DNA from: Acidobacteriota bacterium
Lineage (GTDB): Bacteria; Acidobacteriota; UBA6911; RPQK01; JADFOI01
NCBI GenBank assembly: GCA_963663035.1
Contig: OY760074.1
Location: 2,432,001 to 2,496,000 of the forward strand
Length of the DNA: 64,000 nucleotides
Reading direction: 5' to 3'
Positions 48,159-58,760 of this stretch are shown piece after piece; the stretch's first letter is position 1; every line of letters begins with the position of its first letter. The notes under the pieces were generated by a model. It searched no databases. It saw only the letters and a program-made list of their open reading frames with translations, and was not told the origin of the DNA. Both the position numbers and the translations under genes were made by a program.

Positions 48159-49769
48159 TTATGATTCGCGCTGAGCGGGTCTACGCATTTGGGGCTGTTC
48201 ATAAATCGCGTCGGTTCCGCGATTGACCAGAATCACCTGTTCGGTGTCGACATCAGACGGTGGTTCTGTCTCGGTACGGGTCCAGAGTGTCGGAAAGGCC
48301 TTTCCCAAGTTTTTGGTCTTGATGACTTTCTGGAGACTTCCCCAGAGCCCATACCAGCGCAACTGGTCTCGGATATAAATCCCCACTCGCAGCAGGTAGA
48401 CGATCCATTTGAGCACCCGCGGGCGCCCCTGGGTGAGAGCGAGGCAGGCCTGGAAAAGCCACCTGGACAGTCGATCACCCCGGCCAGCGAATCCGCTCAT
48501 GAGAATCTGAAAGAGAACGATCTGTTCTTTTCTGAGGGTCGGCAACTCCAGTACCGTGCTTTCGTAATAGTTCTCCGGCATCTCATCGTCTGTCAGGTAT
48601 CCTTTCTCCTTGCAGTAATCATGGAGTACCGTGCCTCTCAAGGGATAGAAGATAGTGACCTGAAAGCTGTCGGGCTGTAACTCGGCCAGCAGCTCAAAGT
48701 TCTTGCGGAGGACATCCGCAGTTTCACCTGGCAACCCGACCATGTTAAAGGCATGAGTGTGCAAACCATATTTCTTTGCCAGTCGAAAAGCTTCGATGAC
48801 CTTTCCCTGCGGTGTTTTCCGATCCAGAGTCTCTTTCCTGAAGTCTTCATCTCCGCTTTCCACTCCTATGGCAACAGCCGCCGCACCAGCCTCACTGATC
48901 AACTTCATCTTCTCCTCGGTGATGAGCTCGGGACGCTCCATGAAGGTAAAAGGGATGTTGACCTGAGAACTGAAGAGATCTCTGATCCTTTCGAGCCTCG
49001 GTCTTTGGGTGAGGAAAATCTCATCTACGAAGTAGATGTAATCCAGGCCACCGAGTAATTTCTTTAATGCGTGCACCTCCTCGACCATCCGTTCGGGGGA
49101 TTTCTCACGGCGCCAGGATTTACCTCCGTACATGTTCATCAAGTGGGGACTGCTGCAGTAGGTGCAGGTAAAAATACATCCTCTACTTCCCTCGAAGGTA
49201 CCGACGATGTTTGCTCCACTGGCTACACCGCCTTTGAGGTAATGGGAGGTAAAGTGCGCCTCGTCAAAGATTTGCCAGTCGGGAAAAGGCAACTCTTCGA
49301 GATCAATCAAGGGCCGGAGACTATTCTTGTGGACAACACCATTCTCGCGTACCCACACATTTTGAACATCCTTCAGGCTCTCTCCCTTTTCCAGCTTCTC
49401 AACCAGTTCCAACAGGGCATACTCCCCCTCTCCCTGAACAACGATGTCGAAGGTCTCCATCATCTCCTGGGCGGCAACTGTGACGTGATGCCCCCCAGCG
49501 ATAACCGTGATCCCCTCAGGAATCAGTTCCTTGAGTAAACGAACCATTCTCACTTCGTTGCTGCGAATGGAAAAGGCAACAAGCTGGGGCTGAAAGTCCT
49601 CAAGTTTTTGAACGAAACTTGTTCGTTCATGGCCCGGTTCAACCAGTGTAGTGTCATACAGATCGCAGTCATGGCCATGAAGTTTCATGACTGCCGAAAG
49701 CGAACAGATACCCAGTTGAGGGGTGCGAGCACCCCGCTGGATATTTGGATACACAAACAGAATTTTCAT
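48159..49769 (-). CDS. Cobalamin-dependent radical SAM enzyme (class B methyltransferase-like)
   Basis: B12-binding domain (GGHH..GEGE), SRGCIFTCTYC (CxxxCxxC), FVDE.F, GVESG, MVGLPGET. Confidence 0.92.
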   Translation of the reverse strand: MKILFVYPNIQRGARTPQLGICSLSAVMKLHGHDCDLYDTTLVEPGHERTSFVQKLEDFQPQLVAFSIRSNEVRMVRLLKELIPEGITVIAGGHHVTVAAQEMMETFDIVVQGEGEYALLELVEKLEKGESLKDVQNVWVRENGVVHKNSLRPLIDLEELPFPDWQIFDEAHFTSHYLKGGVASGANIVGTFEGSRGCIFTCTYCSSPHLMNMYGGKSWRREKSPERMVEEVHALKKLLGGLDYIYFVDEIFLTQRPRLERIRDLFSSQVNIPFTFMERPELITEEKMKLISEAGAAAVAIGVESGDEDFRKETLDRKTPQGKVIEAFRLAKKYGLHTHAFNMVGLPGETADVLRKNFELLAELQPDSFQVTIFYPLRGTVLHDYCKEKGYLTDDEMPENYYESTVLELPTLRKEQIVLFQILMSGFAGRGDRLSRWLFQACLALTQGRPRVLKWIVYLLRVGIYIRDQLRWYGLWGSLQKVIKTKNLGKAFPTLWTRTETEPPSDVDTEQVILVNRGTDAIYEQPQMRRPAQRES

Positions 49770-49785
49770 CACTTGCGGCTCTCCC

Positions 49786-49983
49786 TAGCCGGGATTATGC
49801 ATAGGTTTTCGTGACGAAGTGCCGCAGGCGCCGCGATGACAAGGCATGCGAAGGGGTACCCGCTTGCGGGTCGGGACCCGCAGGCGTACTCATGCAGTAC
49901 GCCGAGGAGCCCAAGGAAGCATAACGCAGTCAGCGCGGATGATTGCGGCACTGCAGTAGAAAATTTATTCATAATCCCGGCTA
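49786..49983. mobile_element. RPE1-like palindromic MITE, 198 bp
   Basis: TIRs TAGCCGGGATTATGCATA / TATTCATAATCCCGGCTA, TA at both ends; core GCGTAC..GTACGCCGAGGA; no real ORF. Confidence 0.8.
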
Positions 49984-50077
49984 AACCCTGCTTCTATGTT
50001 ACAAAATAAGAGGGGCCGACCGTGCAGCCCTCAACAGGAAACGTTACCGTATTGATGGGACGAGGTACTGTGGAAGA

Positions 50078-51181
50078 ATGAGAATTCTAGTCATTTGTGA
50101 TGTTCTGTCTCCGCAGACGGTGGGAGGGGCGGGAAGGTTCGCTCGAGAAGTCACCACGGCTTTCGGAGAACGGGGTAACGCGGTGGAATTTCTCACTCGA
50201 CAAGTTTCTGCGAATCGTTCGAGAAACGATGCCAACGATATCAAAACAACCTATTACCCATTTGTGGGAAAGGCCTTTCCCACTCGTTTTCGAAAGATCT
50301 TCAACCAGACCATAAGAGACTTTAAACCTGACCTTGTGCATGTTCATCAACCCCTGCCAGCATTCCTATTGATTCCATCTTCTTTCTCCCGACCGATCGT
50401 CTACACCTTTCACTCCTCCTGGGCGGAGGAGTTTAAGATCAAGTCTTCTCGCTGGCCGCGAGTCTTCAGAAAGATAGTGAGTCCTTTGCTGGCGGAAGTG
50501 GAGAAACGCGCACTCCACCGTGCAACTGCAATAACGGTGCTGAGCGAGTTCTCACAGCGCAAACTGAAGCGACTTTATAACCGGGAAGGGGTCATAATCC
50601 CGGGCGGAGTCAACTCCGAGCGATTTCAACCGATCGAGAAAGTGCAACCCAACCAGACTCTTCGCCTGGTTACCCTTCGCAACCTGGTCCCACGGATGGG
50701 ATTACCTCAACTGATCCGCGCCATGAAACTCTTGCCTTCCCACATCGAACTAACGATCGGGGGACAGGGTCCACTGCGGAATGAGCTAATGGGGCTCATC
50801 GGGTCCCTGGGTCTGAGCAAACGAGTGCAATTGGCTGGACACGTGCCGGATGATGATCTTTCTCATTTCTATTCGTCGGCCAACTGGTTTGTTCTGCCCA
50901 CTGTGGCACTGGAAGGATTCGGTCTGGTTATCTTGGAAAGCCTTTCCTGTGGCACTCCGGTGTTGGGAACAAGGATCGGGGCGATTCCGGAGCTGTTGGA
51001 AAAATTCGATCCACAGTGGATCATCAAAGAACCCACTCCGGAGGCCATCGCTGCCACAATACTATCTGTCAGCGAAAACTCCCCTCCCTCGCCCACCCAG
51101 TTGCATGATCGGGTCAGCGCGGAATTCGACTGGAGAAACATTGCCGCGCGCTACCTCGACCTGTTCGCGAGTCTCATCTAG
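50078..51181 (+). CDS. GT4 glycosyltransferase
   Basis: GGAGR, YTFHS, RNLVPRMG, EGFGLVILESLSCGTPV. Confidence 0.9.
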   Translation: MRILVICDVLSPQTVGGAGRFAREVTTAFGERGNAVEFLTRQVSANRSRNDANDIKTTYYPFVGKAFPTRFRKIFNQTIRDFKPDLVHVHQPLPAFLLIPSSFSRPIVYTFHSSWAEEFKIKSSRWPRVFRKIVSPLLAEVEKRALHRATAITVLSEFSQRKLKRLYNREGVIIPGGVNSERFQPIEKVQPNQTLRLVTLRNLVPRMGLPQLIRAMKLLPSHIELTIGGQGPLRNELMGLIGSLGLSKRVQLAGHVPDDDLSHFYSSANWFVLPTVALEGFGLVILESLSCGTPVLGTRIGAIPELLEKFDPQWIIKEPTPEAIAATILSVSENSPPSPTQLHDRVSAEFDWRNIAARYLDLFASLI

Positions 51182-51331
51182 GGAAATGTGGGGACAAAGG
51201 GGAAATGTGGGGACAAAGGGGAAATGTGGGGACAAAGGGGAAATGGGGACAAAGGGGAAATGTGGGGACAGACTACCCGTTCACCTTATTTCGGAAATGA
51301 GGTGAACGGGTAGTCTGTCCCCACATTTCCC
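51181..51331. repeat. Tandem 19-bp repeats fused to a 77-bp palindrome (REP-like; possible bidirectional terminator)
   Basis: GGGAAATGTGGGGACAAAG x3 plus a 17-bp variant, then perfect 32-bp arms spanning 51255-51331, between convergent genes. Confidence 0.88.
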
Positions 51332-51348
51332 TCCACCAGCTTCCCCCT

Positions 51349-51579
51349 CTACCTTCTGTCCGCGTCCTGAGGCTCGTAGAATTCAGGCTGGTGATTGTAA
51401 AGATAGGTCCCAAACCACATGAGAAAAAAGGCAATCACGACAATCACCAATAAGACAATCACCTTCGGCCAGACCCCTCCGCGTCGTGGAGAACCTAGCC
51501 TAAAAAGGCCGGAGATCTTTCCCCTGTCTCTCCTTCTCCTGCCTCTACCTCTCCTGTCTCCCTTTCTCCTCTCTGTCAT
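51349..51579 (-). CDS. Small single-pass membrane protein with Arg-rich N-terminus
   Basis: ATGA-coupled to the asnB stop; TM VIVLLVIVVIAFFLMWFG. Confidence 0.65.
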   Translation of the reverse strand: MTERRKGDRRGRGRRRRDRGKISGLFRLGSPRRGGVWPKVIVLLVIVVIAFFLMWFGTYLYNHQPEFYEPQDADRR

Positions 51580-53462
51580 CCTGTGAGCCTCTTCTCCATC
51601 TTTTCATACCACAGCTGAAAGACAAGAAGACCCCACAACTGGTTGGTCTTGCGAACTTTTCCGCTGAGGTGCTCCTGAAACAGAAAGTTGACCTGTTGTG
51701 AATCGAAGAAACCCTGACGATCCAGTCTCTGGGGTGCAAAGTAATGCTCGAACATGGATCGCAGCTCCTGTTTCATCCAGGTGCCGATGGGAATCATAAA
51801 ACCCTGCTTCTTCCGGCTGAGGATCTTCGGAGGCAAGTCGTTTTTCAATATTTTTTTCAACAGCTTCTTCAGGGTAAAGGAGCCTACCTTGCGGTGCCAT
51901 GGGTGACGAAGCAAGTCCTCTACTAAAAGATGGTCGCAAAAAGGTACTCGAATCTCCAAGGAGTGAGTCATTCCCATCTGGTCAGCCATATAGAGCAGAT
52001 CATTCACCAGGTAGGACACCAGATCCACATAAAAGACCTGGTCCACAGGGTTCCACTCCCGAACCGGCTGAAGTAACTCGTTGAAGTAAGCCTTATCTCG
52101 ATCCAGTGACGTCAACTTGCTCAGGAACTCCCTGGTGTACAGTGCTCGTCGGTCCTCTGGTGAATTGAAGCTGACCCACCTGCGATAGCGGTCAAGAGGC
52201 TGATCCTCAGGATGTGACAGGAAGCGGCGTGCCCATCCTCCTATGTTTCTACTGGATTCCCCCTCGGGGATGGCCCTGGACATCCGCGACAAGAGCTTCC
52301 GCAAGGCAAGAGGCAACTCCCGGTAACGGGTGTCCCACAAAACGCCCAGGTATCGAGGATAGCCGCCAAATAACTCGTCGCCGCCGATGCCAGACAATGC
52401 CACTTTGACTTGGCCGGCCGTTTGCTGGCTGACGAGATAAGTGGGAATGGCTGAAGAATCGCCAAAGGGCTCATCCATTGCCTGAACAACATCCAAGATC
52501 GTCTGCTGGATGTCGGGCTGGACAACGAACTCGCAGTGCTCAGTCTTGTAATAGTCAGCAACCAGACGGCAATACTCCAGTTCATCAAAAGAGGAAAATT
52601 GCTCTCCGTAGCCAATAGAAAAGGTCTTCACCGGCTCAGAGGAGCTTTCACTGACCAAGGCAACAATGGCACTGGAGTCTATGCCTCCACTCAAAAACAC
52701 CCCCAGAGGCACGTCACTCATCAGCCGGATCGCCATGGACTCGCGAAGACGTGAATCAATCTGTTTCTCAAAATCCTCTGCACTTTCCTCTGATAACCGA
52801 TCAACTGGAGGCTCCCAGTACTGAACAAGTTCATACTCACCTTTTTCATATTCCAGGTAAGTACCAGGTGGAAGTTTGTAGATGTTTTTGTAGATGGTCC
52901 AGGGACAGGGGATGTAGAGAAAACTCTGGTAGAGATCCAGAGCTTCAGGACTCAACTCCAGGGAAAGTCGCTCCTCTTGAAGCACTGCCTTCAGCTCTGA
53001 AGAAAAAATCACTCTTGTTCCCAGAGGAGTGAAATAAAGTGGTTTGACTCCCAAATGATCCCGCGCCAAAAAGCCTTTCTGCTCTTTTTGATTCCAGATG
53101 GCGAAGGCAAAGTCGCCCCTCAAAAATTTGGGGGTCTCCGGCCCCTTTTCTTCAAAGAGATGCAGAATAACTTCCGTATCCGTATGCGTCGAAAAGCGAT
53201 GACCTCGCCCTTCAAGTCCCTCTCTCAGTGTCTGGTAATTATAGATCTCCCCATTGAAGACAATCCAAAGATCACCCGATTCATTGCTGATCGGCTGATG
53301 ACCCGTGATCAGGTCAATGATGGTGAGCCGGCGCATACCCAGTGTTGCACCCGGGTTGCTGTAGACTCCGTGGTCGTCGGGCCCCCGATGAGTGAGGCAC
53401 TCATTCATGCGCTCCACCAGAGCAGGGTTTTGTTCCCCAAAGACACCATTAATTCCACACAT
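51576..53462 (-). CDS. asnB: Asparagine synthase-type glutamine amidotransferase, second copy
   Basis: MCGING, HRGPD, LSGGIDSS, LSGIGGDELFGGY. Confidence 0.95.
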   Translation of the reverse strand: MCGINGVFGEQNPALVERMNECLTHRGPDDHGVYSNPGATLGMRRLTIIDLITGHQPISNESGDLWIVFNGEIYNYQTLREGLEGRGHRFSTHTDTEVILHLFEEKGPETPKFLRGDFAFAIWNQKEQKGFLARDHLGVKPLYFTPLGTRVIFSSELKAVLQEERLSLELSPEALDLYQSFLYIPCPWTIYKNIYKLPPGTYLEYEKGEYELVQYWEPPVDRLSEESAEDFEKQIDSRLRESMAIRLMSDVPLGVFLSGGIDSSAIVALVSESSSEPVKTFSIGYGEQFSSFDELEYCRLVADYYKTEHCEFVVQPDIQQTILDVVQAMDEPFGDSSAIPTYLVSQQTAGQVKVALSGIGGDELFGGYPRYLGVLWDTRYRELPLALRKLLSRMSRAIPEGESSRNIGGWARRFLSHPEDQPLDRYRRWVSFNSPEDRRALYTREFLSKLTSLDRDKAYFNELLQPVREWNPVDQVFYVDLVSYLVNDLLYMADQMGMTHSLEIRVPFCDHLLVEDLLRHPWHRKVGSFTLKKLLKKILKNDLPPKILSRKKQGFMIPIGTWMKQELRSMFEHYFAPQRLDRQGFFDSQQVNFLFQEHLSGKVRKTNQLWGLLVFQLWYEKMEKRLTG

Positions 53463-53478
53463 AGTGGGAACAGAATCT

Positions 53479-54902
53479 TCAGACAGACTGGTCCAGGGGC
53501 TCAGTTTCCTCTTCGGAGAGCTCTTCAGCAGCTACAAAGCGCAAGCTAAAGACAAGGCCGGCTACCAGCCAGAAGGGCTGCATAATGCGGACTATAATGA
53601 AGGTGTTGGACCCGATGGCATGGAAGAGGAGGCACACCAGAGCTCCTAGAAAACCGACCGCCAGACCTCTGGAGAAGGGTTCATCAGAAAAATAGCGGAA
53701 ACGATCCATCCCCATTTGAAAAAGTCTAAAACAGAGGAACAACAGAGCAAACAGACCCAATAGCCCGCTTTCGAGCAACGTTCTAAAGTACTGGGCATCG
53801 ATAAACTGCCACCCCGTCACCCCATAACCGAGAAGAGGTTCCTCGTAGAAATCCTGCAGAGCCGCTTGGAAACTTTGCAGTCGAGCAGAGGTTGAGGTAT
53901 CCAATCGCTGACCAAAAACGAGGACCTGGCCGGCCATGGGCTCCTGGGCTCCTGGGTCCAGGTATAGGTGACCCGGTCGCGAATAACTTGGGGGAACACA
54001 TTGGGGAAAAGCAGAAGACAAAAGGTCAGACCCAGCAGACTGTAGCTGACCAGGCGCTGCTTACTCAAGAGCAGCACCACAGCCAGCCCTGGAATAAAGC
54101 CGAGATAGGAAGCTCGTGAAAGCGTGAACAAGAAAGGCACAAAGAGATAAAAAGCAATGGCGAAGTAACCGATCCGGCTCCTGTATTCCGGTAGATTCAG
54201 TGACAGAGCAATACAAATGAGGATCAACAAGGCCAGATAGCCTCCAAAGGTATTGGGTTCTGGGCTGTCACCTTCAAAGGGAGCTGTTATCCGACCTCCG
54301 CCGGGGACCTGAGCGAGACCGATAGCGCCTACAATAAGAGCTGTCACGATGACCGCCACCCAATATCGTCGCAGCTGCTTTTGGTCTTCGATGTTGTTGA
54401 TGACCAGAAAAAAGAGCACAAAGTACTGGATGTACTTCAGCACAAAAAGGGACCCGGCCATGAGTTGGACCCGGCCGGCCGCTATCCCTATCAGTGTAGA
54501 GAGAAAACACGCGAAAGCGTAAAGAAGCATGGCACCATTGAGCGGGGTTTTCTTGAAAATTCCCAATTCTTTGTGCAGGGCACTTTTCACCATCCAGGAA
54601 ACTGCAATGATCACCAGTAGAAAATCATCGAAACGAAAGGTGACACCCCTTCCCAAGGTCCCTCCTGTAGTGGCGGACTGACCGACACCGAACTCGGGAG
54701 AGAGCAGCATGGAGCAGATCAGTAGATAGATGGCGATCTTCGCTCTGAAAAAGACAAGGACGGTGACCGCGATCCCTACACCCACCAGAAGGGCCACACT
54801 CATCTCCAGTCGGGAGATAAGGAGGGCGACTACAAACAGAACCCCTCCCATGAGAAGCATCAGGAAAAGCTCAAAGGTGTGCTCGCCAGGGATCCGTGCC
54901 AT
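53479..54902 (-). pseudogene. O-antigen ligase/polymerase (Wzy_C) family protein, frameshifted
   Basis: EPNTFGGY and TLSRAS in ORF1; PLLGYG..E.GLLG in ORF2; the junction is a tandem 8-bp duplication at 53938-53953. Confidence 0.85.
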
Positions 54903-54909
54903 CTGGTGA

Positions 54910-57315
54910 CTACTCCTCGTCCGTGAGCTTCATCACGTCTTCCATTTCCTCATCGCCAGAGGAGGGGTGGGAGGGCTTCTTGGGGGATGCTTTAAAACCT
55001 CTGAAGATCTTTCGAAGACTCTGACGGCCGAGAAAGCTCGAAAATCGCTCTTTCAAGCCGCCCACGAGTCCCAAATAGGATTCGGGGGCAAGAACCTCTT
55101 CGTACTTATATTTATAGCCATAGTATGGGTAATCGCGGGTATAGTAGATTTCCGCCTCGATGTCGTTCATCAAAAGACCCACCACGTTTCCACCAACAGA
55201 TTGCAGCCGACTTTTGGTTCGGTTGACGACTTCGCGTCCAACTCGGCCAATTTGATAGGTAATCAGTGTCGCCTCGATGCCGGGGGTCAACTGAGAGGCT
55301 TCGGCCACCGGAAGCACAGGTGCAATATCCACAATGATGATGTCATAAAGATCACGCATTTCTGAAAGGATTCCGCTCATCTTGTCCAGGTTCAGGAGTT
55401 CAGCGGGGCTATCGACCCTTCTCCCGGCAGTGAGTAGAAAAAGATACTCAAGTCCCGGGTTCAAGTGGGCATTCTTGAGTCCAAATTTCCCTAAGATCAA
55501 ATCATCGATTGATTTGGTGGCACTTTCCCACTCAGCCACTCCCAGAAGAACATCCGATAATCCAGGGGTCTTAGACAATCCAAAGACTCTATGGACCTGG
55601 GGACGCCGCAGGTCGGCATCTATCAAGAGTGTCTTCCAACCGGCCTGGCCAAAGATGACCGCTAAGTTACAGGCGGTGTTCGTCTTACCCTCCTGCAAGA
55701 CAGAGGACGTGACCAGGACGGTCTTCCAGTCATTTTTCTTTAACATGACCTCGAGCTGGGCACGCATTGAACGGAAAGCCTCGGAGACGGGCTCTTGAGG
55801 GGCAAAATGAGTACAGAGAGTGGCCATTCGGTCTATTTCCCCGGAGGTGACATCGCTCCCCATCTCTCCCACCAGCACATTCCCTCTCACCAGGTCTGCA
55901 TCCAGATGGGGGATCACCCCCAAAACAGGAAGCTCAAGATATCCCTCAACATCATCTATAGTCCCAATCGAGGTATCCAGGGACTCCAGCAGGACAGAAA
56001 AAATGCCGCCTAAAATCAGTCCGATCAGTACGCCCGCCAGAGATTTCAATAATCTCGAGGGCTGAGCCAAGGGGATAGCCAAGCTGGCCTGCTCGACAAT
56101 AGTGACCTCCTTGATTTCACTGGCCTTCTGAATCTCCGCGTCCTGCAACCGCCTCTGGAAAAGATTGAGGCCATCGGTCTGGAGTACGACGCGCCGTTCC
56201 AAAGCTCCAAGTTGGCGGGTGATCTCAGGGACGGTTTCCAGTAGATCCCAACGGATCATTAAAGTGCGGCGATTTTCAATCAACTCATCCTGAACGGCCT
56301 GGTAGCCTTGAAGCAAACTGGAGATGATTTCCCGACCGCTTTCTTCCAGGTCTTCTGTCTCGAGGATTTTCTCCTGGACCTCCCTCGATTCCGCAGTGCT
56401 GTAGCGCAACAGTCGACGCAATTCGGTTTTGAGCCGGTTGATCTCAACAATCAGCTGCAAAACTTGCTCTTCCAGTCGATAAAGCATCTGATCTTCTGCT
56501 TCGCCCAGTACAGGAGAGAAGGACCAGTACTCCTCGACGCTGGGAATCAGCTCCAACTGTCGCATCCCCTTTTCCAGATTGGCCATCGTTCTTCCAAGAC
56601 TCTCGATCCGCTGTTGGATGTCTCCACCTGCGGCGGCATCCAGAGCTAAGACCGTCCGATAGTCTCGCTTGAACTCCTCGAGTCCTTTTTCCGCCTGGCC
56701 CAGCTCTTCCTCAGACTCTTGGATTCGGGCTTGGATGAACAGCACAGCCTCGCGAACCTCTCTATTTCTCTCTGAGATGTTGTAATTGACAAATTCCTCA
56801 GCCGTATAGTTGGCGATATCAACTGCCAGTTCCTGTGAGGAGCCAAAAGCCAGGATGCCCACAGCTTCGCTGTCTCCCTTTTTTTCAGCCTCGATTTCGA
56901 TGTCGCTAACCAACCTCACCAGGTTCGGATCATCCCGGACCTTTTGCTCGAGAGCCTCGTAGTCCACCTCCTCCTCATCTACATCACTACCTAAAGCATT
57001 CATCTCGCTGTATTGATCGTACTTCTGAGCAAGACGCAGCGCCACACGTGCTTTAATCTTCTGACTTGTGATGATCTCTGACTGGGTGGCGATGTTGTCA
57101 CCTTGATACCAATATAAGGCCTCGACCAGCAGTGCCTGCATATTGGCCGCCACACGAGTGATTTTCACCAACGATTCAGCTTCGAATCGGGGAGGCGGGC
57201 TTTCAGTGAAGAACCAGGTCAAAGCCCCGACCAGGCTGGGTGCCAGCAGGAGGATCCACCTCCGGCGACGTGCGACACGAAAGATGTCTCGAAGGTTGAT
57301 TTCAAACTCTGCCAT
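54910..57315 (-). CDS. wzc: Polysaccharide co-polymerase / BY-kinase
   Basis: Wzz-like N-terminus, coiled coil, LPVLGVIP, EAFR, TSS..EGKT, LIDADLRRP, C-terminal Tyr cluster YYTRDYPYYGYKYKY. Confidence 0.93.
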   Translation of the reverse strand: MAEFEINLRDIFRVARRRRWILLLAPSLVGALTWFFTESPPPRFEAESLVKITRVAANMQALLVEALYWYQGDNIATQSEIITSQKIKARVALRLAQKYDQYSEMNALGSDVDEEEVDYEALEQKVRDDPNLVRLVSDIEIEAEKKGDSEAVGILAFGSSQELAVDIANYTAEEFVNYNISERNREVREAVLFIQARIQESEEELGQAEKGLEEFKRDYRTVLALDAAAGGDIQQRIESLGRTMANLEKGMRQLELIPSVEEYWSFSPVLGEAEDQMLYRLEEQVLQLIVEINRLKTELRRLLRYSTAESREVQEKILETEDLEESGREIISSLLQGYQAVQDELIENRRTLMIRWDLLETVPEITRQLGALERRVVLQTDGLNLFQRRLQDAEIQKASEIKEVTIVEQASLAIPLAQPSRLLKSLAGVLIGLILGGIFSVLLESLDTSIGTIDDVEGYLELPVLGVIPHLDADLVRGNVLVGEMGSDVTSGEIDRMATLCTHFAPQEPVSEAFRSMRAQLEVMLKKNDWKTVLVTSSVLQEGKTNTACNLAVIFGQAGWKTLLIDADLRRPQVHRVFGLSKTPGLSDVLLGVAEWESATKSIDDLILGKFGLKNAHLNPGLEYLFLLTAGRRVDSPAELLNLDKMSGILSEMRDLYDIIIVDIAPVLPVAEASQLTPGIEATLITYQIGRVGREVVNRTKSRLQSVGGNVVGLLMNDIEAEIYYTRDYPYYGYKYKYEEVLAPESYLGLVGGLKERFSSFLGRQSLRKIFRGFKASPKKPSHPSSGDEEMEDVMKLTDEE

Positions 57316-57328
57316 TGTTACCTGGAGC

Positions 57329-57493
57329 TTACCTCCGTGTGAAAAGAAATACCGAGTCTCTCAGAAGTCCCAGCAGCGGAGTAATGACCCCTACCACATC
57401 TCCTAATGTGGCAAGATTACGTCTGGGGACAAATATAACATCATGATTTTGCAAGGTGACGTTCTGAGAGAAATCGGCCTCCTCCACCAGACT
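57329..57493 (-). pseudogene. C-terminal remnant of a Wza/SLBB polysaccharide export protein
   Basis: Hand translation SLVEEADFSQNVTLQNHDVIFVPRRNLATLGDVVGVITPLLG...RR*; begins exactly at the IS end. Confidence 0.75.
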
Positions 57494-58760
57494 TGACCTT
57501 GCCCCCTAAAACGAGTCCAGTTTGAATGTTAGGATTTCCGGTTTAGGAAGGAGGCAAGGATGGCAGGGAAGCGGTTTAGGGCAGAACAGATCATCATGAA
57601 GCTGCGTGAGGCAGAGGTGGGTCTGGCCCAAGGACAGAGGGTGGGACAGGTGTCGAAGCAGATGGGGGTGAGCGAGCAGACCTACTACCGGTGGCGCAAA
57701 GAGTACGGAGGGCTCCGGTTGGACCAGGCCAAGAGGTTGAAGGTGTTGGAGAAGGAGAATACCCGGTTGAAGAAGCTGGTGGCGGATCTGTCTTTGGACA
57801 AGCAGATCCTGAAGGAAGTGTCCTCGGGAAACTTCTAGGCCCGGCGAACAGGAGACGAGCGGTGATGTGGGTACGAGAGCGATTAGGAGCAGAGCGAGTC
57901 TCCGAACGTCGGGCCTGCCAAGTGCTGGGACAGGTTCGATCGACCCAGCGAAGGGAAAGGCAAATTCCCGATGATGAGGCCCGATTGGTGGCCCGGATGG
58001 TGGAGTTGGCTACGCAATACGGGCGTTATGGCTACCGGCGGGTCACGGCGATACTTCATGGGGAAGGGTGGAAGGTGAATCCTAAGCGGGTGGAGAGGCT
58101 GTGGAGACAAGAAGGGCTGAAAGTCCCGTCCAGACAGCCGAAACGAAGGAGGCTGTGGCTTAATGACGGTTCCTGTGTTCGGTTACGAGCGGCTCGCAAG
58201 AACCACGTCTGGAGCTATGATTTCGTGCATGAACGGACCCATGATGGGCGAGCCTTTCGGCTATTGACGATCCTGGATGAGTACACCAGAGAGTGCCTCG
58301 CCATTGATGTGAAACGGCAGATGAATCACCAAGACGTGTTGGACCGGCTGGCGGAGTTATTCGTTGATCGGGGAGTGCCTGAGTTTATCCGGTCCGATAA
58401 CGGATCGGAGTTTACGGCACAGGCGGTCCGGGACTGGCTGCAGGCTGTTGGGGTAAGGACCTTGTACATCGAGCCGGGCAGCCCCTGGGAGAATGGGTAC
58501 ATTGAGAGTTTCAACGGGAAACTACGGGATGAGCTGCTGAACATGGAGATCTTCGACACGCTGGGGGAAGCCAAGGTGTTGGTAGAACGCTGGCGGAGGG
58601 ATTACAATCAGATCCGGCCTCACAGCGCCTTGGCCTATCGGCCGCCGGCGCCAGAGGCCAAACTACCTAGGTCGCAGGCACTGGATCCAATCCCTTGGAG
58701 TGGACTTCAAATGGTCCCGGGTCTAGCATAGAGGGTGGACTCGTTCGTGGGGGCAGGTCA
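57494..58760 (+). mobile_element. IS3-family insertion sequence (IS407-like), 1267 bp
   Basis: TG...CA ends; IRL TGACCTTGCCCCCTAAAACGAGTCCA versus IRR(rc) TGACCTGCCCCCACGAACGAGTCCA; orfA/orfB layout; no target duplication. Confidence 0.95.
57560..58731 (+). CDS. IS3 transposase OrfAB (orfA 57560-57838; -1 frameshift into orfB)
   Basis: HTH OrfA ([11 protein letters not shown]); slippery GGGAAAC at 57826-57832; DDE motifs [23 protein letters not shown]. Confidence 0.92.

Noticed and set aside
49769-49972. Paralogous small ORFs MNKFSTAV.. / MNKFSATV.. (also 62383-62571)
   Set aside because: They are translations of the non-coding MITE copies.
51181-51270. CRISPR array (also considered for the heptamer arrays and 8275-8413)
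   Set aside because: Repeats are contiguous or palindromic without unique spacers, and there are no cas genes.
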